A stretch of DNA of 64,000 nucleotides from Mustelus asterias (GCF_964213995.1 NC_135817.1:73966001-74030000); one strand, 5' to 3'. Shown: positions 11,346 to 25,560, counted from the first letter of the stretch. A program made the numbers and translations. The notes: generated by a model not told the origin, from the letters alone.

Positions 11346-11926
11346 CAGATGCTAAACTACTACCCCAGTTCTGACACACACAAGCTCAGTTTAGAAGGGC
11401 TAGTAAAATAAATATAATTTAACCTGTGCAATGTGACTTGTACGGTTCTCGTTACAGAAAAGAAGACATTATCAGGAGCCTTCCTGCTTGTAGAGATGTC
11501 TACGAGAGTTTTTTTTTTAAATGTTAGTGTTAAAGGGTAGCAGTACAGCTTAGCAGAATGACTTTGAGCTGTGGGATATATATCTTTGCAGAGATTGTCC
11601 TAATAATTTTATGTTTTACACAAAGTAAGCTGTATTGAGTTAGGCGCTTATTATTTGAAGTTGGAAGCAATCTCTTATCAAGTCAGTGTCACAGTTATGT
11701 TAAGTGCCATCTGTTCCCTCCCTCCCGCTCAGTGCTCCTTGGATTTCAACTCCAAACATGGTAACCTTTTCTATGCAACTTAGCTCAGTTGCCAAGACAA
11801 ATTCTTCTCTCTCCTTGCGCACACGCATACACACTACATGCACACACTGCGTTCCCTCTGTCTGTCTGGGCTATTGTGTGATTCACTCAAAACCGTAAAT
11901 CTCCCAAGTTTGACTTCGGGGCAAAA

Positions 11927-12420
11927 ATGTTGAGGGATAACTCAAGTTTCATGGAAACGATCTTGAACGATGACGCTGAGTGTAAGGTTTTGAAAAATGG
12001 CACTGAGGGAGCGGTCTACCACTTGGCCAATGTTATGTTTACACTGGGCTACATGAGTGGCAGTGGCTTTTATGGTCTAGTTTATATATTCAGTCTTTTA
12101 GGCGTTGGTTTTTTCATCCAGTCTATTTGGGGCTGGGTCGATGCGTGCGGAGTGGACATCTTTCTGTGGAGTCTGTTACTTTTTGTGCTGTGCTTGGTCC
12201 AACTGGCGCACATTGGCTACCGGCTGAGGAAAGTGACTTTCGAGGAAGACTTCGCCAATCTTTACAAAGCCATGTTCCGCCCTCTGGATGTGCCGCTCAC
12301 CGTCTACAAGGAGATCGTGAGCTGCTGCGAAGCCGAGGTGCTGAGTCTCGCCTGCGACCAGACCTATGCCGTGGAGGGTAAAACCGCGATCGACCGCTTG
12401 TCTCTGCTGTTGGCAGGCAG
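11927..12420 (+). CDS. POPDC2: Popeye domain-containing protein 2, coding exon 1 (N-terminus, three TM helices, start of Popeye domain)
   Basis: MLRDNSS...EGAVYHLAN...YAVEGKTAIDRLSLLLAGR matches vertebrate POPDC2 (EGAVYHLAN...YAVEGETPINRLSLLLSGR). N-glycosylation sequons NSS and NGT are present. Donor AG|GTAGGT at 12421, phase 2. Confidence 0.95.
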
Positions 12421-15400
12421 GTAGGTGGAGGCTGCCCCTTTCAAACTGAGTGGCATTAGAAACACACAGGGCGTGGGGGACATGTTGGTGTTTGCACTTT
12501 GTCGGATGTCAACATTTCTTTCAGCGGCTTTTGTTTTAAAATGTAAGCAGTACTTAACGCAGTATTAGTAATTAATTTGCTAAAAACTCCAGTAACAATA
12601 CTTTTCACTGTATACTAATACATGTGACAGTAATAAATCAAATCAAATACAGTTTAAAACACCCTCAGTGACACAAACGCGTGTGCTTTAATCAATAACA
12701 TTGCGTTTCGATTCTTTTTCGATAACGGGTGGGGATAAAATGCCCATTTATTGATGTCAAAAAGTAGTCAGTACTCATTTAATTTTCAGCTGCCATCGGT
12801 TTCATTCTGTTAGAAACATGACATGCTGCCGAAATTTGAAAGGAATGTAATGGGGGGCGAAGATCAAGCACAATTTATGCTGTAACTTGTGTTTGATCCT
12901 TAACGTCTCAGCTTTCAGTACAATTCAATTCAGAGTTCACAGCGAATACATATTGGGAACCTAATGTAGTGCTGGAAAGTTGAGAGTGATTACTGAATGC
13001 TCGGCAGTGAGTGAGCAGCTATGTTGTATATTTCAGTGCCCCCCCCCCTTTCCCCTAGTGTACCGGTGGAATGGATGTTTTTTTCCCAAAACACTATTTA
13101 AGCAGCTTTAATGTGTCTTGTTGACTATTTCCTTCAGTGTGGAGAGTATGTTCATTATTGGCCCAAAGCCATACAAAGTTTTACGCTCTCCTCATTTTAG
13201 TGAATTAAGGGCAGTCCAATTAATGGATCTCAGGTATACTGACAGTGCAAAGTGATGACAATGTGGTGCTTAAGTGCAGGTGCAACCTGCAATTCATGAA
13301 TTTCCAATCTCATTTAGGTCACTGAAGTGGGGCTATAAGTAGAAGCCGGGCATTTCCCCAGACAACAGAAGAGAAAGTGAGAGATGCATCAATCTGAACC
13401 AAATCCTCTGTTGCAGAGGAACGAGAGGCCAGTACATCATTCTCATTCTTCCTCGGCAGCAAATGCAGCAGAGACTGCCATCTGAGAGTGGGGGTGTCTG
13501 AGCCACACCAGGCCATGCTTCACATTGAGTCCACCGCCACAACGCAAACCATGGCCATTTGAGGTGGAAGGCAACCACCCATCTTTATGATTTGATTTGA
13601 TTTGATTTGCTTTATTATTGCCACATATATTAGCATACAGTGAAAAGTATTGTTTCTTGCGCATGATACAAAGCATACCATTCATAAAGAAGGAAGTGAG
13701 AGAGTGCCGATTACAGCTACAGTTTACCCTATGCATTCCTCAAAATAAAATCTAGGCAATTTGTTTTTACAACATGGGTCTCTAACCCATCCAACATACG
13801 TATTGCCCATTAGACCATGTTAGAATGTCAGTAAGAGTCATCAGCAGTTTGAAGTTTCACTACTTTCCGCTCATCATGCCTCACCCAACAGTAAATGGAC
13901 CATTTAGTGCACAGTCAATATCTGTGTGTGAAGTGATTCATTAGGACCTTCTGACCTGCACAACACACTCCACCAACTTTATTAACTCTGATACCAATGG
14001 ATCTTTGCAGGTCAGTTATCCTATCACTCCACCTCTGTAATGGGTTTCACTACTGAGAGTTCAAACCAGTCCAGCCTCCTGGACAGACACCTGAGCCTGA
14101 AGGAAGCTGCATGTGATTGAAGTTACCACTTTTATTTTGCGTATTGTTGATTTATTTTATTTTTCTCCATTTCCTTTTAATTTCTTACTCAAATGCTTGA
14201 TGACGTTTCAAGCTTCATCTTGATAAAGGGCCTAAAATGTCATAATCTGTCTTTTGCTTTGCAAGATATTGCCTGACCTGCTGGGTAATTCTAGCATTAA
14301 ATTTCTTTATTTCCAATATTCAATATGTGCAGTTTTCCATGTTATTGTTCCTCAATACTGGGTTCATAGCCAATTCATTGTAATGATTTTTCCAATTCTG
14401 AATATACCTTTGTAAGTTTGTTGAAGAATGCCAGAAGATCTGTTATTGTCATGAGCCCAGAACAACACATCTAAAGATGACTGATGACACACTTCATACA
14501 AATTGCTGGACTAGCCAGCGATGCCCACATACTGTGAAAAGATTAGAAAGCAACTTTCACAATGCACTACATCTCATAATTAACCTTTGCAGCAACTCTG
14601 GATTCCTCCAAAGAAGGTTCGGATACCATTGACAGTGTCATAGCTGCCCAAAATAACTCTTCGCCCCATCCCCACTTTGCAGTTATCTTGACAAAGCCAT
14701 GTTTATTGAATTGGCAGCTAGCACAGTTTTGCTTGCGTTTGTTAATGCATTCAGCTGCAAAGGCAGGGAAATCATTGGCTGAACCATCCACTGTCAAATT
14801 CACCTCACTGGTAGTCTTACAGACGCAGTTTGCTTTGTGTTTAGAAATTTTGCTGTTGTGGCAATGCTCCTTGGCAATTTTGTTTTGTTTATTTATTAGT
14901 GTCACAAATAGGCTTACCTTAACGCTGCAATGAAGTTACTGTGAAAATCACCTAGTCACCACACTCCGGCACCTGTTCGGGTACACTGAGGGAGAATTTA
15001 GCATGGCCAATCCACCTAACCAGCAGGATTTTCAGACTGTAGGAGGAAACCGGAACACCCAGAAGAAACCCACGCAGACACGGGGAGAACTTGCAGACTC
15101 TGCACAGACAATGACCCAAGCCAGGAATTGAACCCAGGTTCTTGGGGCTGTGAGGCAGCAGTGTTAACCACTTTGCCACCGTGCCGCCCTATATTACATG
15201 TGGCACAAATATCATCAGTTACTCTGATTCATATGTGCCAACTTTATAATTTCTGTAGCCTTGGTCACTGGCTCAGCATTAGTTGACCCATGTCCATGAT
15301 TCTTTTCCAGACCTCAAGCAGCATGAGGGCAATGGAAGCAAGTTAAGATCATCATTTGAAGTGACTCAGAAATGCAATGGAGGATCAAAATTTAAAACCT

Positions 15401-15697
15401 TTCTAAGTTGATTTGCATTGTAGTGCCCAACTCTTCCACTTCCCAATTAAGGCTGGCTAAAGCTAGGAGAATTAAAGATGATGAAATGGTGCATACCTCC
15501 AGTTTTCTGAATTTAGGTTGGATTTGGTAAAGATATGGGACTGTAACACTTTTCCAGTAGCTGTGAACATTGCACGGTGCAGGAAAACTCAAATCAGGAA
15601 AGGGTAGAAAATAACTTTGAAAGAATTTTTACATTCACTAAATGTCAAAAATATATGTTCCTTAACTGTAAACAAAATCATGTTATGTGTTTCATAG

Positions 15698-15806
15698 GGT
15701 TCGTGTTACTCTTGATCAGCAGTTTCTGCACTATATCTTTCCCTATCAGTTCCTTGACTCTCCAGAATGGGAATCTCTGCGGCCTAATGAAGAAGGCAAT
15801 TTTCAA
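15698..15806 (+). CDS. POPDC2: POPDC2 coding exon 2 (cAMP-binding DSPE motif)
   Basis: Acceptor TTTCATAG (AG 15696-15697), 109 nt, reads (R)VRVTLDQQFLHYIFPYQFLDSPEWESLRPNEEGNFQ, donor CAA|GTAATT at 15807. Phases fit exons 1 and 3. Confidence 0.95.
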
Positions 15807-16087
15807 GTAATTCAATATTTTTTCATTTGTCTAATGTTTAAAGTGAATTGCCAAGCTAATAACCTGTGCTTTAGCCGTGTAATTAAATTCTTGTATCTAT
15901 CTGTTTTCATGAATATATTAAGAAAACGTATGTCTGTCTGCAATCCCTATCAACTTTTCATAACAAATTTTATATAGGCGGCGGTTTTCATTGTAAATGA
16001 GGGAAGCAGGAGCTTATAATGGAAATGTTAAAATAAGGGCAGAATATATGAATTTAAAACTGAGACTAAAGTATATTTGTATGCCTA

Positions 16088-16405
16088 ACAGTGGTTAGCA
16101 CTGCTGCCTCACAGCACCAAGGACTCAGGTTCAATTCCGGCCTCAGGTCACTGTCTGTGCGGAGTTTGCACATTCTCCCTGTGTCTGCGTGGGTTTCCTC
16201 CGGGTGCTCCGGTTTCCTCCCACAGTCCAAAGATGTGCGGATTAGGTTGATTGGCCATGCTAATTTGCTCCTAGTGTCAGGGGGATTAGCTGGGTAAATA
16301 TGTGGGGTTATGGGAATAGGAGCTGGGTGGGATTGTGGTTGGTGCAGACTTGATGGGCCGAATGGCTTCCTTCTGCACTGTAGGGATTCTGTGATTCTAT
16401 GATTA
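16088..16405 (+). mobile_element. HE1-like SINE, tail type A (HER1/CR1-type tail ...GGGCCGAATGG..TCCTTCTGCACTGTAGGGATTCT)
   Basis: Same head as type B. Other type-A copies at ~3193-3375, 29301-29620, 34650-34822, 36897-37200, 37750-37920(-), 48216-48536(-), 54948-55270(-) and 55983-56288(-). Confidence 0.88.
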
Positions 16406-18064
16406 TTCTCTGCTGTCTAATCCTGTTCCACCCAAAGACTACATTTAATCTTGACTCCTTTGTACAACGACATGGAGATCAAATAGTATTTGACCGAAAG
16501 TCTTGCATACGATGTACAAATCCTTCAATATTTATCCCTTCTGGTGTTTCCCAAAATCATGTGCAACTAAGAGGGTGAGCACAAGGCTGACACCAGAACT
16601 GTTAACAACTAGCAACCAGGAGCTATCCAAGGGGATGACATTCTCTGTTCTTAATCTCCACATTACAAGGATTGATACTGTGTGGTGTAGCTGACACCAT
16701 AAATCAAGGAAACTCTGTTTGTGCAAATTTTTGTGTCAGAACGCCTGTTGGAAATGAGTCATTGGGTGGAATTTTCCCATAATTTGTCAGTGTCGGGCTC
16801 TGATTGAAAACTGGCGTCTACAACTCCAGGTGCACTGCTGAGTTTTCAGACCAGATATGAGTTTGAAAGAGAGTGGGGTGCACTTTTGATATTGTCAGGA
16901 ACTTAATTAGATCATGCAAATTGAAAATTAAGTGCTTTTGACCTGAACAGCCAGAGGGCATGTTTCCCTCAGCTACTTGTGAGGGCCAACCATGAGAGAG
17001 AACAATAGCAAATGTGAAATTGACAGGCTGGGAAACCTTTTTAACCTGTGAAGATGGTCATGGCCGAGTGAGGATCATTGCTCAAAGGGTGACTTTTCAG
17101 AGGGTGCTTTCATTGCCTGAAAGATGATTGCCAACTTCTCTGAAGCCACTTCACTTGTTCTGCTTTTCAGTCACCTTCAACTGCATTTTCTTGCTGTCAG
17201 TTTTTACTGGAGGAGACAGTGGTATTGTCACTGGGCTAGTAATACATAGACCCAGGATAATGTTCTAATAATTAGACCCAGGTTCTAATCCTGCCATGGC
17301 AGATGGTGAAATTTGAATTCAATAAGAACCTGGAATTAAAAGTCTAATGTTAACCTTCAAATCTTTGTCAATTGTTGTTAAAAACCCATCTGGTTCAATA
17401 ATGTCCTTTAAGAAGGAAATCTGCCGTCCTTACCTGGTCTGGCCTTACCTGGTGTGACTCTAGACCCACAGCAATGTGGTTGACTCTTAAATGACCTAGC
17501 ACTCAGTTCAAAGGCAATTAGTTATGGGTAATAAATGCTGGCTCAGGCAGTGACGCACACATCCCCTGAACTGGTAAAAAATATGACAGCATGGCTGTAG
17601 GTTATGCAGTACATACCTGATGAAGAACAAGAAGAGTAACATTAATACCAGCAATGCCTGCCTTTCCTCACCACAAGCTGTTCCAGAGGAGAGAGAGTGG
17701 ACACAAAGATCCAGCTCCTAGAGGCAAGACCCTAACGCAGGGTTAACAGACAGAGGGTCTGCTCTCTCGACATTTCTGAGCACCAGAGCCTCAGGAGCCT
17801 GAGCTTTCACAGTAGGTTGCTGCTGACATCACAGGCCATAAAGAACTAGAAAACAAAGGCAAATTTTCTACTCCTATCTGAAGTATTTGACCAATGATCT
17901 CAAAATTTTGTGGACATTCTTTCTTCTACCAATAATAATTTATGGCCACAGCAAAAACAGAACAATTTGCTTTAGCATACCTGAACTCCTATGAACACAA
18001 ACCCTTATGCATGCTGTGAGGGAATAATGTACCTTGGCACTAACAATTATTCCTTAACTGCAGT

Positions 18065-18295
18065 AAAAGGTAAAATCACCATAGTCCCAGGTGACCATGG
18101 ACTGCTCTTCCCTTTTGAGGGGGAGAGCTGACTGGTATTGATTTAACCTGAGCATCCCCACACCTCAGGCAAGGGGCAAGGTTGAGAAGGCAGGGCCTTC
18201 ATGAATAATCTCAGCCGGTACAGGAATTGAACCCATGCTGTTGCCATCGCTCTGCATTATGTGCCAGCTGTCCAGCCAATTGAGCTAAACAGACC
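18065..18295 (-). mobile_element. Third tRNA-derived SINE family (GTTTAGCTCA.TTGGCTGGACAGCTGG head)
   Basis: Matches 31416-31590(+) and a partial copy at 47740-47855(+): CTTCTCAACCTTGCCCCT..TGAGGTGTGG..CTCAGGTTAAATCA..CCAGTCAGCTCTCCCCCTCAA. Confidence 0.65.
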
Positions 18296-19497
18296 CCACC
18301 CCTCCCCTTAGCTGCAGTGTATTGTACTGGAGACCTCATAGTTGACAACCATGTTCTCAAATCTACTTACAAGATTTGTTAATGCTACATATTGACCAAA
18401 AGATAGATATATTTACAAATAAGATAACACTTCTGATAGATTCTCTGATGGACAATACATGGAGCCTGTTAGCCCATCCTTGGTTGAGACTGTAAGAAGC
18501 AGGTAACAGGTGGTCACAAAGATTTTTCTCAATTTCAACAATAATTTTTAGACTGGTTTGCGTACAAACAACTTTAAATCATCCACAATTTGAATGTTAA
18601 TAAAGCAAAAGCAGGTGTTAAAAATCCAAAAGCTGTTCTGACTAAAGATACTCGACCTGAAACATTAAACCTACACTTCTCTATAGACAGATAGAGAAAC
18701 TCTTTGTTTGAATGATAGTATTTCCAACATTTCTCTTCTTATTTTATTAATTTCCATATATTGAACCTGCTGGGGCTTTAGCCCAGATAAGCTAACTGGA
18801 GTGCTTTTGCTATGGACACAATGGACTTCATTTTAAGGCACTTATGTTTACATTTTCCCCCATCTTGCCACATAAAACTTGCAAAAAATTGGATTTGATC
18901 TCCTTAAGAAAATCCATGTGTGGCCTTATTTCTCTTTCTAATCTGAACACAAAGGGGACAATTTTAGGAATGCACATTCTCAGCAGATAGCTTTGCTAAC
19001 TGGGAGTGCATATTGGGGAAATTTTGGGCATGTTTCCCCTGAATTTCTTAGACATTAGTTGGCAAGGCTGCCTGGCATGATTTTGTGAGAATATTGGTAT
19101 GGAAAATGAATAATAGTTGGCCCTGTTAAAATAAAGAGCTTGTGTACAGACAAGCGAATTATCTTTATCTTGCTGATACTGAAAATTTGGATCTGTCGAG
19201 AACTTTTGATTCGATTTGATTTATTACAGTGAAAAGTATTGTTTCTTGCGCTCTATACAGACAAAGCATACCGTTGATAGAGAAGGAAACGAGAGAGTGC
19301 AGGATGTAGTGTTACAGTCATAGCTAGGATGTAGAGAAAGATCAACTTAATGCAAGGTAGGTAATGAGAGTAAAAGATAGAATTAGAAAGTATGCTGGGA
19401 ACAGCTGCAAGAAGTCACCTCACTCCGGCGCCATCTTGGAAAAAAAAACTTGTTTGAGTTATACTTACGTGGTTGAACATCTCAATCTGTTTTGCAG

Positions 19498-19926
19498 GTG
19501 ACCCTGACAGCTGAAACAGACTGTTGCTATGTGACTTGGAAGAGAAGAAAGCTATACCTGCTCTTGGCTAAACATCATTACATTGCACGCCTTTTTGCTG
19601 TGATGCTTGGAAATGACATTGCAGATAAACTTTACTCACTTATTGACAAGCTCTACTGCAGGGGTGGGGTCCGCTACGACATCCGTCTCCCCAGTCTTTA
19701 CCATGTGTTAGCACCTTCCGCTGAAGCTGAGAAGGAGAAGATTGCAGAGAGTCCCCATCATCTTCCGCAGAGTTCATTTAGGCCTCAGGAGTCTCCCTTT
19801 AAAAAACCATGGCCAGACAGCAACGACCTGATTGGTGAGGATTCCACCAGCCTTGTTCTGGAGGACTTTGCAGATATGACTGGATCATTTATGGAATATA
19901 CCAGTGAAAGGGAGTACATGAAATAG
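19498..19926 (+). CDS. POPDC2: POPDC2 exon 3, long form ending GEDSTSLVLEDF...EYMK* (343-aa isoform); internal alternative donor after 19834
   Basis: Acceptor TTTTGCAG. VTLTAETDC completes the FQVT motif across the junction. DIRLPSLYHVL is conserved. TAG at 19924-19926. Confidence 0.93.
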   Translation: MTLTAETDCCYVTWKRRKLYLLLAKHHYIARLFAVMLGNDIADKLYSLIDKLYCRGGVRYDIRLPSLYHVLAPSAEAEKEKIAESPHHLPQSSFRPQESPFKKPWPDSNDLIGEDSTSLVLEDFADMTGSFMEYTSEREYMK

Positions 19927-22900
19927 TGGTCCAGTAAATGTGATAAAACCCTGTCACTGTCCATCCATGTGTAAGTACACTGCTGCTTCAAAGCTTACAA
20001 CTACACCTAATAAAACTAACTTGGCTATCCAATTCTGCTGGGTCGCAGTGGCAGTACATGGTAAGTGAAAAAGCTATCCTTGTGCAGTTGGGGTGTTGTG
20101 CTGACATTGAGGTACATTGTTAAGTTAGATGGAAAATAGTTTTCCTTTGACACGGCCACGCTCGCTCCAAGACCAGAAAATCCCACCCGAGGTCAACAGA
20201 CCTTTGCATGGTCCTGTCCCGGGTGCATGACGGGCAGGATGGAAAAACTTCTGCCCAGTGTTACACCTGTTCTTTTAGTGTTTGATACACCACACCAAAC
20301 ATTGAAGTACTTTATCTGGCACAATTTAAGAAATGCTGTCCTCCAAAGGTCCAAAACAAAGAATCGTCCTCACTCTGTGTAAACCTTACCGTTCAATGAA
20401 ACTTTCTCCCCATTAATAAGAAAAGTTCCTCAGCTTCATAACACATTTAGTTATTGTTTTACCGGATTCTGAATTCGCACCCTACTGCCAGGCTAATTAA
20501 ATTTAAAAACAGATTAAAATAGGCAAAGTTTTATAGACATTTTCATTTTGAATTTAGTTCCTGATGTTATGTTGCATTTGCTCTCACTCAGCTATGAGCT
20601 CTTGTTTGAACATTTATCTTGCATGTTGTAGCTGCAGTAATACTTCCACAATTTTTTGAAACAAACCCTACAGATAGCTCATCTTGTTTCAGGTGTGTCA
20701 GCCTGCACCAGTGCATAGACTGTAAGAATCAACCTGCCCATTGATACATTAGGAGAGTGACTGATGAATATTTTGCCAGCCAAAGCAATTTATCCTGTAA
20801 AATCCAGGATGTCATTTGTTTGCACACATATTATTCTAATTGTTCCTTTCTCCGACATACCATAGTGGGATATTCATGAATCAAAGTGGTTAGCAGTCAA
20901 TGTGTCAGTCAGTCAGTTTAAGAGCATTGACAGTGAATTTTGCAAGTAAATGCTCACTTTCTCAGCAACTGTCATGATGCCTTCATCTTAAGGTTGTCTA
21001 TTGTTAGGGTGGCACGGTGGTGCAGTGGTTAGCACTGCTGCCTCACAATTCCAGGGACCCAGGTGGAGTTTGCACGTTCTCCCCGTGTCTGTGTGGATTT
21101 CCTCTGGGTGCTCCGGTCTCCTCCCACAGTCCAAAAGACGTGCTGGTTAGGTGGATTGGCCATGCTAAATTCTCCCTTAGTGTACCCCGAACAGACGCCA
21201 GAGTGTGGCGACTAGGGGATTTGCACAGTAACCTCATTGCAGTGTTAATGTAAGCCTACTTGTGACACTAATAAATAAACTTTAAAAAACTTTAAACTAT
21301 TCCCCCTTCGTTTGACCTGTAAAGAAAAATGGAAAATTAGCCTCATGGAGACTAAATGTATCATTGTGTTAATTTTAGAGAACCACAATCCTTCTGACCT
21401 CTACATGTGAGAAAGACAAACAAGCAACAATATGTGAAAAATCACCACCTCCAAGTTCCCACCCAAGCTATACATCATCCTGACTTGGACATATATTATT
21501 ATTCCTTCATCGTGGCAGGTTAGGAATTGCTGGATACTATCCCAAATACCATCATAGGAAGACCACTATTACAAGATCCACAGAGAAGACCCATAATCAC
21601 TTTCTCTGGGCAACAAAAGATTAGCAATAAATGCAACTCTGTCACCATTGCTCATATCCTGACAGTAACTATAAGAAGGTGGGCTATAGGTGAAAGGAGT
21701 TTATACATTCAAGGCTTTGCTGAAGGAAGTGATGGTGGGATATTGAGAATCCAGGAAGGGTAAAGTGCTGTCAAATGGACAATGATGGGTCGTTAGCCAA
21801 TGTAAGGATGGATAGAAGTGAACAGCTCATGCCACTAATAGCTCCTACACTGTATAACTACAAGCTTACAGTGCAATCTTTTACCAGTGAGATCACTGAA
21901 CATTTCACATTGAATTAGGAGTTTCTGTACTGCTGTCAACGACAGTATTAGTGACTTCTTGTCAAGTCTCCTTACTCCCAGCTAACGTTAGAGAAAATAG
22001 GATGCTCCGTCTCTACTGTTGGTGCTGCTGCAAGATTTCTGTGCCTTTCTTCTTAAACGTGAGGCACAACTGAAGCCATGTTATTAAATTTCCTTTACGA
22101 CCAACAAAGCACATAAATGCTTACCTCCTAATGTTGGAGTGCTGAAGGGAAAGCATGTATCACGCTTAGCACACAACTGGAATGGGTTCAGCAACCTTCA
22201 AATCACAAACTTGTTTGAGCAGCACTAGCCTCTAGTCCAAATGCCACTTTATGATAAAACCTTTTAGTTTAATCCGTTAGATAGGTTAGCCAGTTCAGGT
22301 GAGGTTCCAGACAAAGGGCTGCCAAATGTAACAAGGTGTCTCCCATCAATAGGTTAAAAGTACAAACACTAGACCACTATAAAAGTATAATAGTAGACCA
22401 AATCTCCTCTGATCCTGCTCCTTTGGCAGTAGTTCAACAGAGTAGGATGTCCATCTTCCTGTTGCGTGTGCCCCTGAAGTTGATACACTTTACAGAAGAA
22501 AGTCTGTTTCAATATTATGATTGGGTGCTGGTGACATTGAGGTGCCTGCCTTAACTGGGAATGAATGGAAAATTGATGCAGTGTAGGTGAAGCCCTGGGA
22601 ACAACCGTTCATTAAAAACCACCTCCTGGCTCCACTGATTTAAGTCAAACAATCAATTGCTGAATGAATTATGTTACACAATGTAGTTCCTTCATTTCTG
22701 TGACATTATAATAAGCCAAATGAACAATGATGGGTAGTTACCTGAAAAGAAAGAATGTGCAAGGTTACAGGGATAAGGCAGAGCAGTGGGACTAGGTAGA
22801 ATGCTCTGTCAGAGAGCAATTGCAGAATTGATGGGCCGAATGGCCTCCTTGTGCACTATAAAAATTCTGTGATTCTGACATTAAAATAAAATGCTGATTT

Positions 22901-25055
22901 TCCTCCTACATGTAAGATTTAGTGTTATAGTGTACTGATAGACATTCTGAAAGACGTGCTGGTTAGGTGCATTGACCCAAACAGACGCCCCAGACTGTGG
23001 CAACTAGGGGAATTTCACAGTCACTTCATTGCAGTGTTAATGTAAGCCTTACTTGTGACTAAATAAATAAACTTTAACTTGACAAAACCATACAGACCCA
23101 GATTCCAGGTCTGCTGGCACAAATACAATGGGACAACTGTAAACTGGTATAGTTTGATTTTTGATGTGCTCTGCATACATGTCATTTGTCTGTGTTCGTT
23201 GCAGTCAGGTTCTGGGACGACTGACTGGACATTAGTGGACCAAAATTAGGTTATTAGATTGGAGGGAGTGGTGCGGGGGGTGGTAATGGTAGGCGGGGGT
23301 GGGGGGGTGGGGGGGGGGGGGGGGAGGAGGAGGTGGTGTGGGGGTGGTGGGGAGATAATAAGAGTCTCCCCAAGCTCTATCACCAAGTTCCCACCTGCTG
23401 GTGCTCCACCTGTACTTGGTACTAATGCACACGATGGGCATTAATTTCTGCCTATTATGTACAATAGCACCAATCTGAGAAGGGTGGCTCTTGAGAGAGG
23501 GGGTGGGCAATGTTGTCTTGAAGTGGAAGGAGGGGAGAGTGGGGAAGGCAAGAGCACAATATTTGGAGGGAGAAGAGAGTACATTTCAAAGCTGGCAGCG
23601 ATATTTAAGGGAGGGACACCAAGAGAGCTATTGATTGATTACACAATGTAATTTTAAAAGTTTGTCCATGGGATGCAAGCAACATAGTAAAAGATACATT
23701 TATTGCCCAAGGTAATGACCCTGAGAAAGTAATAGTGGGCCTTCTTCATGGATTGTTGCAGTGCTTATGTTGGTGGGGCTCCATGCTTGCGTTAGGTAGG
23801 GAATGTAACGCGCTGACCCAGCAACAAGAGCCACAGTTAATTGTGAAGTATAAACATGTTTAAAAATGGTGCATTGCTATTCATTTTAATGTAATAAAAA
23901 AAATCAAAATTCCATATAAATGCATGCTCTAAATTTGTCATTGCAGAATTGATCTACCCCAATTGGGGGTAGGGGATAATGTTCAGCAGGCAGAAGGTTG
24001 TGGGTTCAAGTCTCATTTGAGATAATGCCAGATAACCAGGATGTGGCAATATTATCTGGAGGATGTTCACATTTTCGCCCACATAAACATTCAGAACTAC
24101 TCAGTTATAAAATGCTGAGATCCAGATAAGGCGCTGTATAAATCTTCTTCCTTTCTTAGAAGTTTTATTTGTATTTACTGCTTCCCCAAGGATTTAGACA
24201 AATTGAGAAAGGACTTTAGAAACTGTCATACAAATAGTTCCTGTTAACAATGGGGGAATCTCAATGGGTCCACATTCCACACTTTGTGTTGTGATCAATC
24301 ACAGTTATAGAGTTTCATATTCTTCTCTGAAAGATCTGCATGTAAGCTTCCTGAAAGGAAAGATTTATTATAGTTTCATAATATGTTGTTACTGTTCAAT
24401 TTTTAATGTATGAATGCCCCCTAACAAGTATTTGTACATATGTAATGCTTTTAAGAAATATGATAGGGCACTACACAGTGCAACATTTTTCTTTAAGTGA
24501 GAGATGACAGTGCTGGGAAACAGAATAATAACTTATGCACAGCAATGATGCAACATGGATCAGATGCAATATAAATTCTACATATACAACTCTAATCTAA
24601 TTAAAGGTAAATGCAAATAAGCACTCCTCACTGCACCGAGGTGACTTTTTCATTTTCTGTACTTAACCATTTGTGACTGGCACATTAACCAAACATGAGT
24701 AGCAGATGAATACAAAATTGGTGTTGTATTTGATAGCAGGCTATTGATGTGAACTTATTTCCATGGTGGAATGGACTTCATTTATATTGTCTTCATTGTG
24801 CTCATCCTGATGCATCAAGTTTATCTAATTGTACCACCAAGTTCCCCTCTGCTGTAATGCATGCAAAATCTGCTGCTGTACCATGGCTGACCTCTGTTCT
24901 CTACTTGCCATTTCAGCACCTTCAATTATGGATAATTCAGCATCTTTAAGGCTAGAGGAAACGCTTCCAGATAATTGTGGAATACTTAATCGTAAGCAGC
25001 AATAGAACTCCCTAAAATTTAACTTTAGTTGTGAGCTTTTGTAGGACAGTTTGGG

Positions 25056-25560
25056 GGTACAGGGAAGATTCACTAGGTTGATCCCGGAATTGAGACGGTT
25101 GGCTTATGAGGAGAGACTGAGTAGACTGAGACTTTACTCATTGGAATTCAGAAGAATGAAGGGGATCATGTAGAAACATATCAGATTATGATGGGAATAG
25201 ATAACATAGAAGCAGGAAAGTTGTTTCCACTGGCGGGTGAAACTAGAACAAGGGGGCATAATCTCAAAATAAGGGGGAACAGATTTAGGACTGAGTTGAG
25301 AAGGAACTTCTTCATCCAAAGGGTTGTGAATCTGTGGAATTCCCTGCTCAGTGAAGCAGTTGAGGCTACCTCATTGAATGTTTTTAAGGCAAGGATAGAT
25401 AAATTTTTGTACAGTAAAGGAAGTAAGGGTTATGGTGAGCGGGTGGGTAAGTGGAGCTGAGTCACGAAAAGATCAGCCATGATCTTATTGAATGGCGGAG
25501 CAGGCTCGAGGGGCCAGATGGTCTACTCCTGCTCCTAGCTCTTATGTTCTAATGTTCTTT
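25056..25560 (+). mobile_element. CR1 LINE 3' end
   Basis: TRTRGHNLKIRG..FRTELRRNFFIQRVVNLWNSL, ending in a (TTATGTTC)-type microsatellite tail. Confidence 0.85.

Noticed and set aside
1-11900. COX17 or another gene upstream of POPDC2, as expected from human synteny
   Set aside because: I found no exon encoding the COX17 KPCCAC motif or any other recognisable host protein by eye.
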